This document shows positions 14,401 to 26,459 of a DNA stretch of 64,000 nt, piece by piece. A program made the translations under genes and the position numbers. The notes beneath the pieces were generated by a model. It saw only the letters and a list, made by a program, of their open reading frames with translations. It was not told where the DNA came from and made no database searches. Every line of letters starts with the position of its first letter. The first letter of the stretch is position 1. Source of the stretch: Ptychomitrium polyphyllum (lineage: Eukaryota); assembly GCA_973851085.1 (NCBI GenBank), contig OZ316775.1, forward strand, positions 6,820,001-6,884,000, given 5' to 3'.

Positions 14401-15356
14401 TTGGTCTCGCCAAACTCATGGATTACAAAGATACACATGTTACAACAGCAGTACGGGGGACTATTGGCCACATTGCACCAGAGTATCTTTCCACTGGAAA
14501 GTCATCTGAGAAAACAGATGTTTTTGGGTTTGGAATTATGTTGTTGGAGCTCATCACTGGCCAGCGTGCCTTTGACTTGGCTCGCCTGGCCAATGATGAC
14601 GACGTCATGCTTTTGGATTGGGTGAGTTTTGCCTATCTATCTTCTGCTAGGACCGCCTCATTCCATGTTTTAATGTTGAGAATTTTGTGATGGGATTTGT
14701 GTGGGGAAAGAGATCCATTTTTTTCTTCTGCAATTAAATAATCAGTTGTCTAAGCACTTATTTTGAATGATGTGATTAGGTGAAGGGATTGTTGAGAGAA
14801 CGCAAAGTTGATCTTCTGGTGGATCCCGATCTTAAGCAAAATTATGACCAGAAGGAAGTGGAAGAACTCATTCAGGTAATATTGACGATGTAATTTATTT
14901 TTTATTATATTTATAGCAGGTATCATGCACTATATTTTAATGCAGTTATGAGTACATATCTTGGTTGCAAAATTGACCTTGTGAGGATGATTTGTTGAAG
15001 GTGCCCCCAATTTTCATATCTAGAATAAACTCAATTGTATTACAAATATTCAAAGCTTAACTCATCAAGAAAACGTGTCAGTGTGACTAGTGAGTTCTTC
15101 CTGAAACTTGGGCGGCAATATTATCTTGATGCAGGTTGCATTGCTCTGCACACAAGGCTCTCCTTTGGATCGGCCAAAAATGGGTGATGTTGTGCGTATG
15201 CTGGAAGGAGATGGCCTAGCAGAGCGCTGGGAGGAGTGGCAGAAGGTGGAGGTTGTTCGAAATCAAGATTTGGAAATGCCTGCCCATCGAACATCAGAAT
15301 GGATTGTAGATTCAACAGATAATCTGCACGCTGTTGAGCTTTCAGGCCCAAGATAA
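8493..15356 (+). CDS. SERK: SERK/BAK1-family LRR-II receptor-like kinase, 13 exons, about 629 aa
   Basis: Manually spliced GT-AG exons: 8493-8571, 9993-10125, 10422-10493, 10890-11033, 11407-11478, 11652-11723, 12084-12205, 12612-12752, 13344-13558, 13921-14047, 14227-14621, 14780-14875, 15135-15356 (1890 nt, phases consistent). Signal peptide [23 protein letters not shown], then [24 protein letters not shown], 72/144-nt LRR exons, Pro-rich [16 protein letters not shown] helix [25 protein letters not shown], kinase motifs [22 protein letters not shown] and DFGLAK, and the C-terminal VELSGPR. An in-frame TGA at 8373 with no ATG in between supports the start at 8493. Confidence 0.97.
13622..13705. 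mobile_element. 84-bp MITE-like element with perfect 15-bp terminal inverted repeats, in SERK intron 9
   Basis: CTAGGGTGGCAACTC (13622-13636) and its exact reverse complement GAGTTGCCACCCTAG (13691-13705). It can also be read as a 12-bp TIR flanked by TA. No 8-bp TSD is visible. Confidence 0.5.
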
Positions 15357-17821
15357 TATGCAGAATTGTATAAATACGCAAATGATCTACTGACAAAAGT
15401 CACCACTGCTTTAGGAATTCTGCATGTGCCTTTGGGCAAGGATTTTGGTGTGCAATCTCACAACTTTGATGCCATGGTACGCACATTCCTGCAGGAGGTA
15501 GATCACTTGACTAAGGTCTTAATGAGGTTTGGATCGCTGTGGCATAAGATTTTGAAGACCTGTTTGAAGCAATGTACTATCTAATCTACAGTTTCCTATT
15601 CTTTGAATGAGGGTTGAACTTTGTACTAGTATAGGATGGAATATCTGAGTATCCAAAAGGCTGTGCACAGATTGTAGTTGAATTTGTTTATCTAATTTGT
15701 TAGAAGCTAGCTTTAAATGAAAGTGAGTTTATTGGCAACGGGTTCTCAATGCATCGGTATGCCTTTCAACTCAGAGAAGGCTCATGGATGAAGAGTTTGT
15801 GGAACTTTTTGTAATTACATGCTTTGAAACTGACATGTTGGAGGTGCACAGGTGAACGTCTCTGATCATTCTTCATCTCTGGGTCTTTTTAAGTATTTTT
15901 CTTCGAGCTTGACGAGGACATTTACTCATTCCCATCTCATGGGTTACGTTCCACCTTCAATATACAACTATATTTTTCTGGCAATCTGATAACTCCAAAC
16001 TTTACCTTGGAACTGGTTTAGTCTTCTGTTTTCCAAAAACCAACTTTGATTTGGTTCTGTTTTTTATTTGTGCTGATTTGCTGATTTACATTGCTGACCA
16101 TGTCATTACTTTACCGAGCCAGTTTAAAATCATCTTTGCCCAGCTGCTAATTTTCACATATTAGTAAGATTTTGATTGACATCTCAATACCCTTGTCATC
16201 TGTATTTCTAATGAGATTGAGCTGGTCTTCTTTCAGAGTAGTGACACCTTCAGAAGTGTGACTGGGATGACGCCTTCATGTTATGTGAGAACGCATAAAT
16301 ATGTTGAGGTCAACTTGCTCAAAGAATCACTAGGTAATTACTTCCGGAAAATGTCTTCAGCATTCTGAGAAGCTATGCCTATACAATAACTAGCCAATTA
16401 TGCTTCTGTAAGATCTCAAGACCTTGGTCATCAGTGTCATCATGACCTTCAAATGCCTTGAAGTACTGTACATGACTGAACTTTAGTCATGCTAATCCAC
16501 AAGGATGTTTCTTAGAATTGTGTCATGTTGGCTAGCACAACATATAAACTTTGCCTGAGAATCTGTACAGATGGCAAGCCTATGTGATGACACCTGATTT
16601 TGGATATGACACTTTCTGGGTTCTTTGATATTGTAATCGAGTCAAAGAAATGTCAAAATTCCTTTTAATCATATCATAGAACTCATGGACAAGATGAACT
16701 CAACTGTAGTACAGAAAAAGTTTGGGGATACAGTCTCAAATGCTGGCAGCAGCCATGGATTCAGTAATTAAGCATTGCATGCTACATCATGGATTCATAG
16801 CGTGGCATGCCATGTCATGTCCCAGTATAGACACTATTGAACAATTGAAGTTTTATACACATCACTGTTTTTTCATAATATTACAAACTTCATAAACATC
16901 ATATTTTTCAAAAATTAATTGTGCACTAAAGGAATTTGGCAAAATTAAAACTCCAAAGATAAAAAGTCATTATACTTTAAAGTTTGAAGGTTTCATCTCA
17001 AAAAAAACATAAATATGAATAAATCTTAACATGTAAAAGGAATCCACAACTAACAAAGTAGAAGCTATATTTTAAAGTCTTAGAAATACAAAACGTTTGC
17101 ACATGCAACATTGTAACAACATATATCCACATTGCTACTATCTAGCAAGTTCTTTTATATTAATGGTACAAATTTCTTTTAATTAATAGTGCAAGTTCCA
17201 TTATATCTCACAAATTATGATTTAAAAAACATGCTTGTATTTTATACCATCTTTTGCATAAATTAGGTCTAAAGCAAGAATTAAATATCTAAATTGATAT
17301 ATTCAATAGAGATATTTGCATTTTCTCTTACTTTCTACAATTCTTCAATGTATGCATCTCTTTTGAAGCTACAAATAAGTTGCTAACATATTGAAAAAAA
17401 ATTCCTAAAAATCCAAATCTTAAAAATATTCATGCAACACTTTGGTTGAAAAAATTGCACATTCAAACCTTAACCATTCATTGTCTATTAATTGCAAACC
17501 TCACCTTAATGAAGCTTTTAAATCAAAAAAGATATCTTGCTTTGGCATCTTGTCTAATAAACAAGTATTAGTGAAATGGATATCAATTTAATTATTTTGC
17601 CTTTAACGAATAAGTCAAATTTGTTTAGTTCTCAATGCCTTGTTATTTCAATCAATTCTTAAAACCTTAAAATTATCTAAAATCAAATCTTTATCACCAT
17701 TATAAAAAATATACCTATCTTCATTTTATTATTTGAAGTAAAATATCTACATTTATGGCTTTAATTTCTTGATTGTAATTTTCTATTCTTTTGTAAATAA
17801 TATTATTAATTTTTTCAAATC

Positions 17822-17824
<3 letters not shown>

Positions 17825-17865
<41 letters not shown>
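17825..17865. repeat. (AT)20 microsatellite
   Basis: Uninterrupted alternating AT run of 41 nt. Confidence 0.97.
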
Positions 17866-17867
<2 letters not shown>

Positions 17868-19978
17868 AAACTTTTGGGCTTTTGGGCGTTTAAGCTTTTG
17901 AATTATAATTTTATGTTTGGTTGGATTACAATAAGACAAGCCATTTATCGTCATGATAAGAGCCAAGTAGAAGTGCAATAGTGTATATAATTAAGGCATT
18001 TTAACAAGCAAAGAATTCAACTTTGTTTCTATAGGACCTTGCTGGCACATGACCTTATTTTTATATGACTCAATTGTTTTTAATAAGTAACTATTTATTT
18101 TCATCATTTAATTCTTTAACAAAACTTTCTAATTTGATATTAGAAATAGGTAAAATATCCCTAATTATTACTTATATGAATGCATTTTCCTCCAAAAAAG
18201 ACAATGACATCTTATACTTTTAGCTAATTTAATTTAGAATATAGAGTCGTTAAACATAACAAACTTCTAAATCAATCATATATTTTTTTATTGAAATGCT
18301 CTTTCTTAGTTATTTTTGTTCTTTTACCATTGAATGGTCATTTACAAGCCTTATTTGTGGTCTAGGATCTTTTCTTCTTGGCAATAAAGCTTTTTATAAT
18401 TTATTTTTAAAAAAATTAATAAACATACTATACAATTTTTTATTAACGGATTTAACATTTATATGAAATAATTTGTAAATTTTACATTCTTAATTCTTCA
18501 TTGACAAAAAATTAAAGTGTAATCATTAACAAGAAAATGTAATCAATCTTCTAATATTCATTGATTACAAATTAATTTGGCGGCTGTATTCCTATAGGCT
18601 TTTAAATTTTTTTTAAGATTTTAAAATAAAACAGTGGAACATAACACTTCATTGTGATTGCAGGTAACAACTACTCAAACATCCATCCTTATCTTAATAA
18701 GATTATGGGCTCAAAAGAACCAATAAGCAACATACTATTAATTTTCTATATATATTAAAAATTAGGAGAATAAGCAAAAAAAAAAAATACAAAAAAAAAT
18801 TAGGTGGATATAGATTAAAGGTAAATTATTTGCCTTCCAAGCAAAAGATATGGGTTTATTTCCCTTATTTGCAATAGCTGAAAATATTAATTAAACTATA
18901 TTGTATATTTGTAATTTTATAAAAAAAAAAAAATCTTGCCTTTATTATAAAGAAAAGTATGGTAGTAGACAAGAAAGGTAATAATTTTCAATGCAAATGT
19001 GATGAATTGGAAGGTTGTGTATTTTGTATATTCAATGCAAGTTATATTCTGACAAAAATAAAAGAATATTTGTATGTTGTGGTTGAATAATATTATTGCT
19101 TATAATAGCATGCCTAAAATGAAGTTACTTACTTTTGAATGGAATCATATCTTCTTTATTTTATATAAATTATATGGTAATGGTACTTTGAATGGAAAAT
19201 GTGATCTTCATCATTTGTAGAAGATATTTGATGGTTGTCAAGGCTAATCATATGTACTTTTTTTAGTATTATTTATTTGTTTGTATATACATCTTGATAT
19301 TTAAAAATTGGGGCTTGCAATCTTTTTGTGATTTTTTCACATCTTTATTCCTTACTTTGATATAAATCAAATAACGACGTTGCTAAAACTTTGAATTTTG
19401 GAATAAAAGTTTATGCGAAGGTAATTCAAAAATGTATATTAAAAAAACCCTTGATTTTAATAAATCTTGTTGTATTTATAATTTTAAATATAATTTCCAT
19501 ACTCAAAACGTTTTGTTTTTTGGTAATATAACATTCTTCAATAAAATCAATGTTTCAAAAACTTTCAAATTCCAAATTTAAAATCTAGGCCAATTCAAAT
19601 CAAATAAAAAAAATACAACAATATGCACTATTTTTTAGTAATATACAACTTTCTTTTAATGGTTAATAGCTTGTATAGAATGCTCCAAATGATTAAGATG
19701 GATTATAAGAAATTAAGCTCTTCATGAGTAAAAATTATACGAAAATAAGATTTGTTTTCAAATTAACTCATTAAAACTTTATACAAAGTAGGCTATGACA
19801 ATTTGAATTCGCTCAAAATTAAAATTTTAAAAATACTAAATATTATGGTTCAACTTTTTTTTTATCTTTTTTGAAAATGTATCCATTAATTCTAATTTTA
19901 ATATAATGCAATTCTACATTAAATCTAGTACGTTTAGTCTTTATATTGATGTCTAATATTGTACATTGTCACCTCAAG

Positions 19979-21122
19979 TGTCGCAACCCTTGCAATGCAC
20001 CTTAGCAAGCGTCACGCGCGTCAATCCTGTACACCTTCACATGCACAAGGTTAACCCCCATTCTCACTTTCCAAGTCTTTCTACCATTCCTCTTAGGACA
20101 CCCAATTTATTAATAGCCAATGGTTAGGTGCGGACTTCCATTCATGTCCAAGGCCTCACTTGGTATTACTCCCATTCCACACGGCCTAACCGCACTTAGT
20201 GGTGTCTCCTCACCACCACTCATGATGCCCAAGTGATCGTAAGATCACCCCGGGCCATCATGGTGCCGGCGTGAAGACACCACCCCAATTTAGTGGTAAC
20301 AAGCGTACCCTTTTGAACGTGCTAGTTTCCTTTGTGAAACCGGCCATCCACCGGCTGACAACGGTGTGGGAGTCCCCGCAGTGAAGCTCCAACACTATCT
20401 CCACCAACCGGGACTCACCCTTGGTCTCTACCGGGACACTAGGGGAGTGGGGAGGGGGACCAGCTCTCCCTTATAGTACTCTCTGTGGGATTCGGCAGGC
20501 CCCCTGGCCCTCTGGAGCTAGCTGAACCCCGACACACCTAGAGTTTTGGAAGACCACCCGATCTCCCTTGGGACTTAGCCGCTGGAAGCCTCCGGAACTC
20601 CCAGCGGACCTTCAGGGCGCCATATCTTCCTCATTTGGTGCCCGAATGTATCAAGCGACCACTCTATCGTCATTTACTCTTCGCATAGATGCCGATAGAC
20701 TCCTCAAACATCCGATTTGAGTTAGTATTGTGAGAGATACGCCTCTCCCAAGGTTCGGGACTCCCGGGGAGTCCCTCCCTGGACTATCCCACTCCAGCAC
20801 AGTCACTGTGTAGGGCTGCCACACTCCAGAACAGCCCCTTGGCAACCCCAACTTTGGAGTGCCATAACTTTTAGCTCCCATGTCCGATTTGGGCAATCCT
20901 TAACATTCTAGAATGAGTTCTTCATGATTCCTTTAATGCCCATGATTTATCCCTCGTGGCCCTCGATCTACATGGGCAAGGATGTTTCTCCCCCTAGGGG
21001 TCCTTCCCATATTAGGCCCACTCGGTTCTCCTCACTATCGGCGCCACAAGTCCCGGACGTCACTTCGGGGTCCCCTTGTGCCCTTAGTGTTGCGGGCACT
21101 CCTCAGGGCGAGGTGCGCGACA
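19979..21122 (-). mobile_element. Solo LTR (1144 bp) of an LTR retrotransposon
   Basis: TGTCGC...GCGACA termini (TG...CA, 6-bp inverted ends). Flanks TCAAG/TTAAG form a 5-bp TSD with one mismatch. GC-rich within AT-rich DNA. A near-identical inverted copy starts at 63109. Strand inferred only from a TATAA-like motif on the minus strand near 20475. Confidence 0.9.
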
Positions 21123-24100
21123 TTAAGTCAAGTATATTTAAGGCTTTTGGCCTTATCTCATATTCACGCCCATAATTGTTTATTACCCTATATTGAATCC
21201 AATATGTTCAATGCTCATAGTCTTGTTTCTTTATGCACTCTTAATATTGTGCATTATCATATTGAATTCAATACATTTACTCTCCACGTGCCTATTTGTC
21301 TTTTCATAACAGTATCATTTATTCATTCTTAGTATTTCTAGAACTTCTAGTACTTCTTATCTATACATTATTATAGTGAATTTAATGTATTAAGTATTTT
21401 TTAGTTACCAGATTATGAAGTTATATTATTTTGAAACAAGATCTATTATAATATGGTCTATGTGCAAAAGTAATGATATTCTTTTATATCTATTATAACA
21501 TACCACATACTATATATATGAATTTTTCTTTTTCTTCCTTAATTATCCTTCTAATACTTTTGGCATTTCTTTATAAAGGTTGAAAACCTTAATTAAAGTT
21601 TAAAACTCTAATTATAAATGACTAACTTCAATATACAATAGTAATTGCTATTACAAAAAGATTTAGTATATTATGAAGATTTATACCAATTCTTATATTG
21701 TTTTAATAGGGCTTTGATATATCAATGTAAAAATATAGTAGTAAAATATTACTTTCATAATAATATTATATTGAAATTTTTATAATTGTCTGTTGATTTT
21801 TCAAAGTCATTGTTATAAAATAATTATCTTATTATTTCATTTATTATAATTTGGATACAAAAACATTAGTGCAAGCCACAATGTACCTATAATACCATAT
21901 AAAAATCTGCAATTATTTTAATTTATACTTTGATTTAATTCAAATTACTAAAAGACTTCTAAATCATTGTAGCTTACAACAATGGCAATAAATGTTGCAC
22001 TAGAGACTAAAGACTACAATGTGCATCACTATTAACCACCAAATTCTTATCATTAGTAGATTAAGGTTGATAAGTAGTGACAATGGATTGAAATTGCATT
22101 CAAATGAAACCATGGAATAGTGGTGATGGAAGAGAGGCAAATTTATCCTAGTTTAAAAAAAATTGTGTTAAATATAAACATGGTATGTGGTGGTTATTGA
22201 ATGGAATTTGGATGATTTTGCATTCATTAAGCGGTTGTTGCTAATTGTTATTTGGATGATCAATGGATTGACTAAAATGGTGGTGATTGGCCTTCTACAA
22301 AGAGGCACATTAAAAATTATATCTAATTCTAAAATTTGTATTAAAAGATATGTTATTTGGTTTTAATGGACTTCAAATCTTATTTTTTATTCACATTACC
22401 TTTCCAAGATATTGTCTTTTTACAGAGAGCCCTGTACAAATGGAAGAGATGCAGTGTTCTCATTGCAATTTCATGGTCATTTGTCTGAGTATAGTTGCGA
22501 CATCCGGCAACTATATGCCAGCTGCAGGGTCAGATTACATGCTACGAAGCAGATGCACTAATATGGTAACCTGTACAAATTGAGCAGATTTGCTTGATTC
22601 AAGATTCTCCCGTAAAAAACTCAGTTGCCCACCTACTGTCTTGCCTATTAGATGATTTTGTTTTAAACAGAAATCTGGCAAATGTTACCATATGGTCGGC
22701 CTTGGGAGGGGTCCATGTGGTGAATGACTGGTGACAGTGACTTCGACAGGGAAGTCATGAATATGCTAGTTTGAAAAATTCGAATGGTCATATGAGTAGA
22801 GTAAGTGCAACAAACATTTCCCTACTTTGTCACTAGTTGGACACAAAATTAACAAGGACGAATGGATTAATGAGAATCGTGTAATATTGGAAACCTTCAT
22901 TATCTTGTAGATTGTTGGAGGTCCACCAACTATTTGATGGTTTTAGATAAACATGTACTTTTCAGCTTATTTCTTAATTCCCCAATCACGTTCATTGTAC
23001 TTAATACCTGGATTTTGTGATTCCTTTTACAATGGATGTATATAATTTGCCCCACCTTATATGTGCTCCACTTTCCAAAACAATGTCTTCACCTCCTCTT
23101 AGAAAATTTTGACAGACCTCATACCAATGGACTCATATACATCAACTGTTCCTCAAATAAAAAGAACAATCATATGTATATACCTAACCATTTCTTTATT
23201 TCAAAAAATAAATAACCCATAGAAATAAACTGAGAAGGCAACCCAATGAGGTCCAGTGAGTCTCCATCAACACAGTGAGATTTGCATTTACCAATGTGCA
23301 ACAAACCATCCTGCACCAAACTGTCTCAATCTTCCAAAGATACTCCATGCCTGGGAGGTCAACATTTGAATGGCCTCTCCAGCTTCCACAACTTTGACAA
23401 CCTACAATCATTAGTTAGTGCACGGGATTCCACTTCTGTCAATAAAAGTGAACAACAAAAAATGAATTTCCTTAGATTTGTGTAGAAGAAGACATCCCTC
23501 TTCCAGATGAATTGTTTACAATAAGAAGACCTCAGCACTTTCCTTGCAGATGTCAGCACATTTTATCAGTCAGGGACCAATACAATCTACTTAATACATG
23601 CTGTGAATGAGGAGAAGGCCTAGTGTACAGCATCATGTTGAAAGCAAAAACTTAGTGATCGGGAAATTATATAACCAGATTTGACATAATCTAAGTCACA
23701 ATCAGAGTGAAGCCAGGATCAGGGTTCACAACTTTGAGTGGCCGCAGTAAGGTACATGTGCAGCCTGCCTCTCAGAAGCATCAATACACCATGTCTTAAA
23801 AAGGTCCATGCTGGCTTCCCAAATCCATGCAATAACCAGTGAAAGGAGGATGCACAAATTAAAAAACAAAACCTGACAAAAGAATGATGCATGAAAAGGA
23901 AAAGGTCAGAAAGGTAGAGCTGGATGGAAACATGTCTCTGCTGAGGCAGGGAGCCTGCTCTTGTCACAGTGTATGTCCTCTCCACAATAGTAGCCGCTCA
24001 GGAAGGATTGTAGCACTCAAAAGTTTGGGCTCCAAGTGGCAGCCAAATTCTCAATGGCTTCTTTGCCTCCCAAGTTCCAACCTACAAGCACCCCTGATGG

Positions 24101-26459
24101 GCCAAATGGCCACCTCTCCACTTCATCCACCATAGCCAGCACGGCTCATGGAAAGCACATGATGCACTCCGGGTGTCACACAACACAGATTCATTTCTCA
24201 AAGATTTGAAGCATGATACAAAGGTTTGATGAGAAATGGTTTGCATGAACCACTTCTTATCAAAAACTTCAACCATGCTTTAAATCTTTACATAATCAAC
24301 CTATGAGAAACCATTGTTTATAAATATGTTCATAGTTCAATGCTTACTCCATATGTCACTAAAGTATACGAGCATTTGCAATGTTGGGCAATGGATGCAT
24401 CTCATTATACTTAAAGAGTAGGATCGAAGAGAAGATTGAAGCTTTTTTTCATGTTACATGCTTATCCTGTGTTTACATGACATATGGTAAAAATATAGAG
24501 ATGGATTTTGTCTTTAGTAAGAGGCTGATCTTCCTTTAACATTCAAGAGTATTTCTTGAAATATCAATCCTAAAAAATTTAATACTTATGGAAATGAAAG
24601 AATTCATTTTTTTTTGAAAAGGATAATATTAGATAATTTTTTTCTTTTTCTTTAAAACTTTGAATGCATTTTTAGATGTATTTGAAGCCCTTTGTGTTTA
24701 TCAATTCTATTTTTTTTTAAAATAATAAGATGTGCCAATGTGATGGTTGATATTATCAATAATCAAGTATATTGATACATTGGTTTAATGAAATTAAATA
24801 AATTGATATTATTACTATAATCATTTAACTATTGTTTTCAAATTAGCTACAATAATATACTTTATATGAGTTGGAACATAAATAATATGATTCACTTTCA
24901 AATTAAAATAAATTTTCAAAAAAATATATCAAAATAAGAAAGAATAATAAATTGGATTAAAAATCAATTTTTAGAGCATACATTTATTTTTTTAAAGAAA
25001 AAAAAATCATTGACATTAAATATAACTTCAAAAAAAATTCTAAAAAATTACAAAAAAAAAAAATATTTATGAAAGGAAATAATTTAATGTTTTAATCTTC
25101 CTCATCATTGCACCTTCTTCATCTAGCTACTTCATTGGTTGTATTTCATACAAATTTATATGCCATGTTGTATAATGTAATGCTTGGATTATAACATCTC
25201 CAATGCATACAATAAAATAAAAAAATTACTCTATCAGTGTACATGGAATAAGTACTTGAAATTATCACCAGTGAAGGTACATCAATAAGTTACATATTAT
25301 AGTCACCATAAATTCTAAACTTCATGGATTAAATCCATTCAATTCCAAAATTTTGACTATATCTTTCAAACTTCATACATATGCATGCGTGTAGTGGATG
25401 AAGTTTAATCATCCACTATCCAAATTAAAAAAAATTGTTGCCTTTTTGTGTGGCTTTTTAATGAACCTTCAATGGTAGTATTTTCAAGTACTTAGGGTTG
25501 TCTTACACCATCTATTATCTTTCACAAAAGAAGAGGATTTTGTCAAATTTTAGTTTTTCTTAACAACATGAATATTCAAAACTCTAAGATCTTTTGTAAG
25601 GCTTTACACCTTGTTCCATTGTCCAAATGAAAAGCAATTTGAAAATGAATGGGAAAAAGAATTAGCTCCCAATGTAGCAAAAATTATTGCAAGAATTGGG
25701 TTTCTTATAGATTGTTTGGAACGACAATCTAAGAGCTTGTCTGGTAGAGATGACCTTTTACATCTTAATTATTTTAAAATCTTTCTATCTTCGTTTGTCA
25801 AATATCTTTTGCCTAAAATACCTCTATCTTGGATTGATTTGTTAGGTTCCCAACTCCCATGGGAGGTGTATAGTGGCACTTGTTCCATCTAAGATTATTG
25901 AAGAATTATTTTACACTTTGATGTGTTTTTAGGAGGGCATCCAGGTCCAGTGGAGTCTTAATCCTGCCTCAACCTTCAGTGTAGCTTCAGGCGATGGTTT
26001 TCCAATATCAGCCCCCCAATCTAGTTACCCATCATGCTGTGGGCAGTTCCATTAGCTACTCGGATCAACTCGGTCTTCCAAATTGCATCCCTGGGGGGGT
26101 TTTTGGTATGTTCCAAGTTAGTTGCAGGAGTGTTAGAATCTCAGAAGAAGCGCACCCACAGCATCTGCAACTCACACTACCCTAACACTTGATGCTGCAG
26201 TTCCATTTATCCAAATGATGCTTGATCAAAAGCTCCAAATGACTACTAGGCTCCATCTACTCTAAAATTCTCCTAGTCATCACCAACAAGATCCGTGACT
26301 GATTAGAGCAACCACACCCTAGGGGCCATCTATACTTACATTCCCCTTGTCATCACTACAACATCAGAAAATTAGGTCAAACAGCGTCCTGAGAGGGCGA
26401 CCTCACAAAGCGACCACCTGAAACAACACTCCCGCCTAAGTACGATTATTGCCCTGATT

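Noticed and set aside
20651..20896. 81-aa ORF repeated at 63336-63581
   Set aside because: It lies inside the LTR, has a non-ATG start, and is conserved only because the LTR copies are young.
25500..26330. 93-aa ORF at 25611-25892, or a LINE endonuclease remnant on the minus strand
   Set aside because: The ORF starts at TTG and has no recognisable family. The minus-strand resemblance is only a few residues (TRQA, FPI) and too weak to call.
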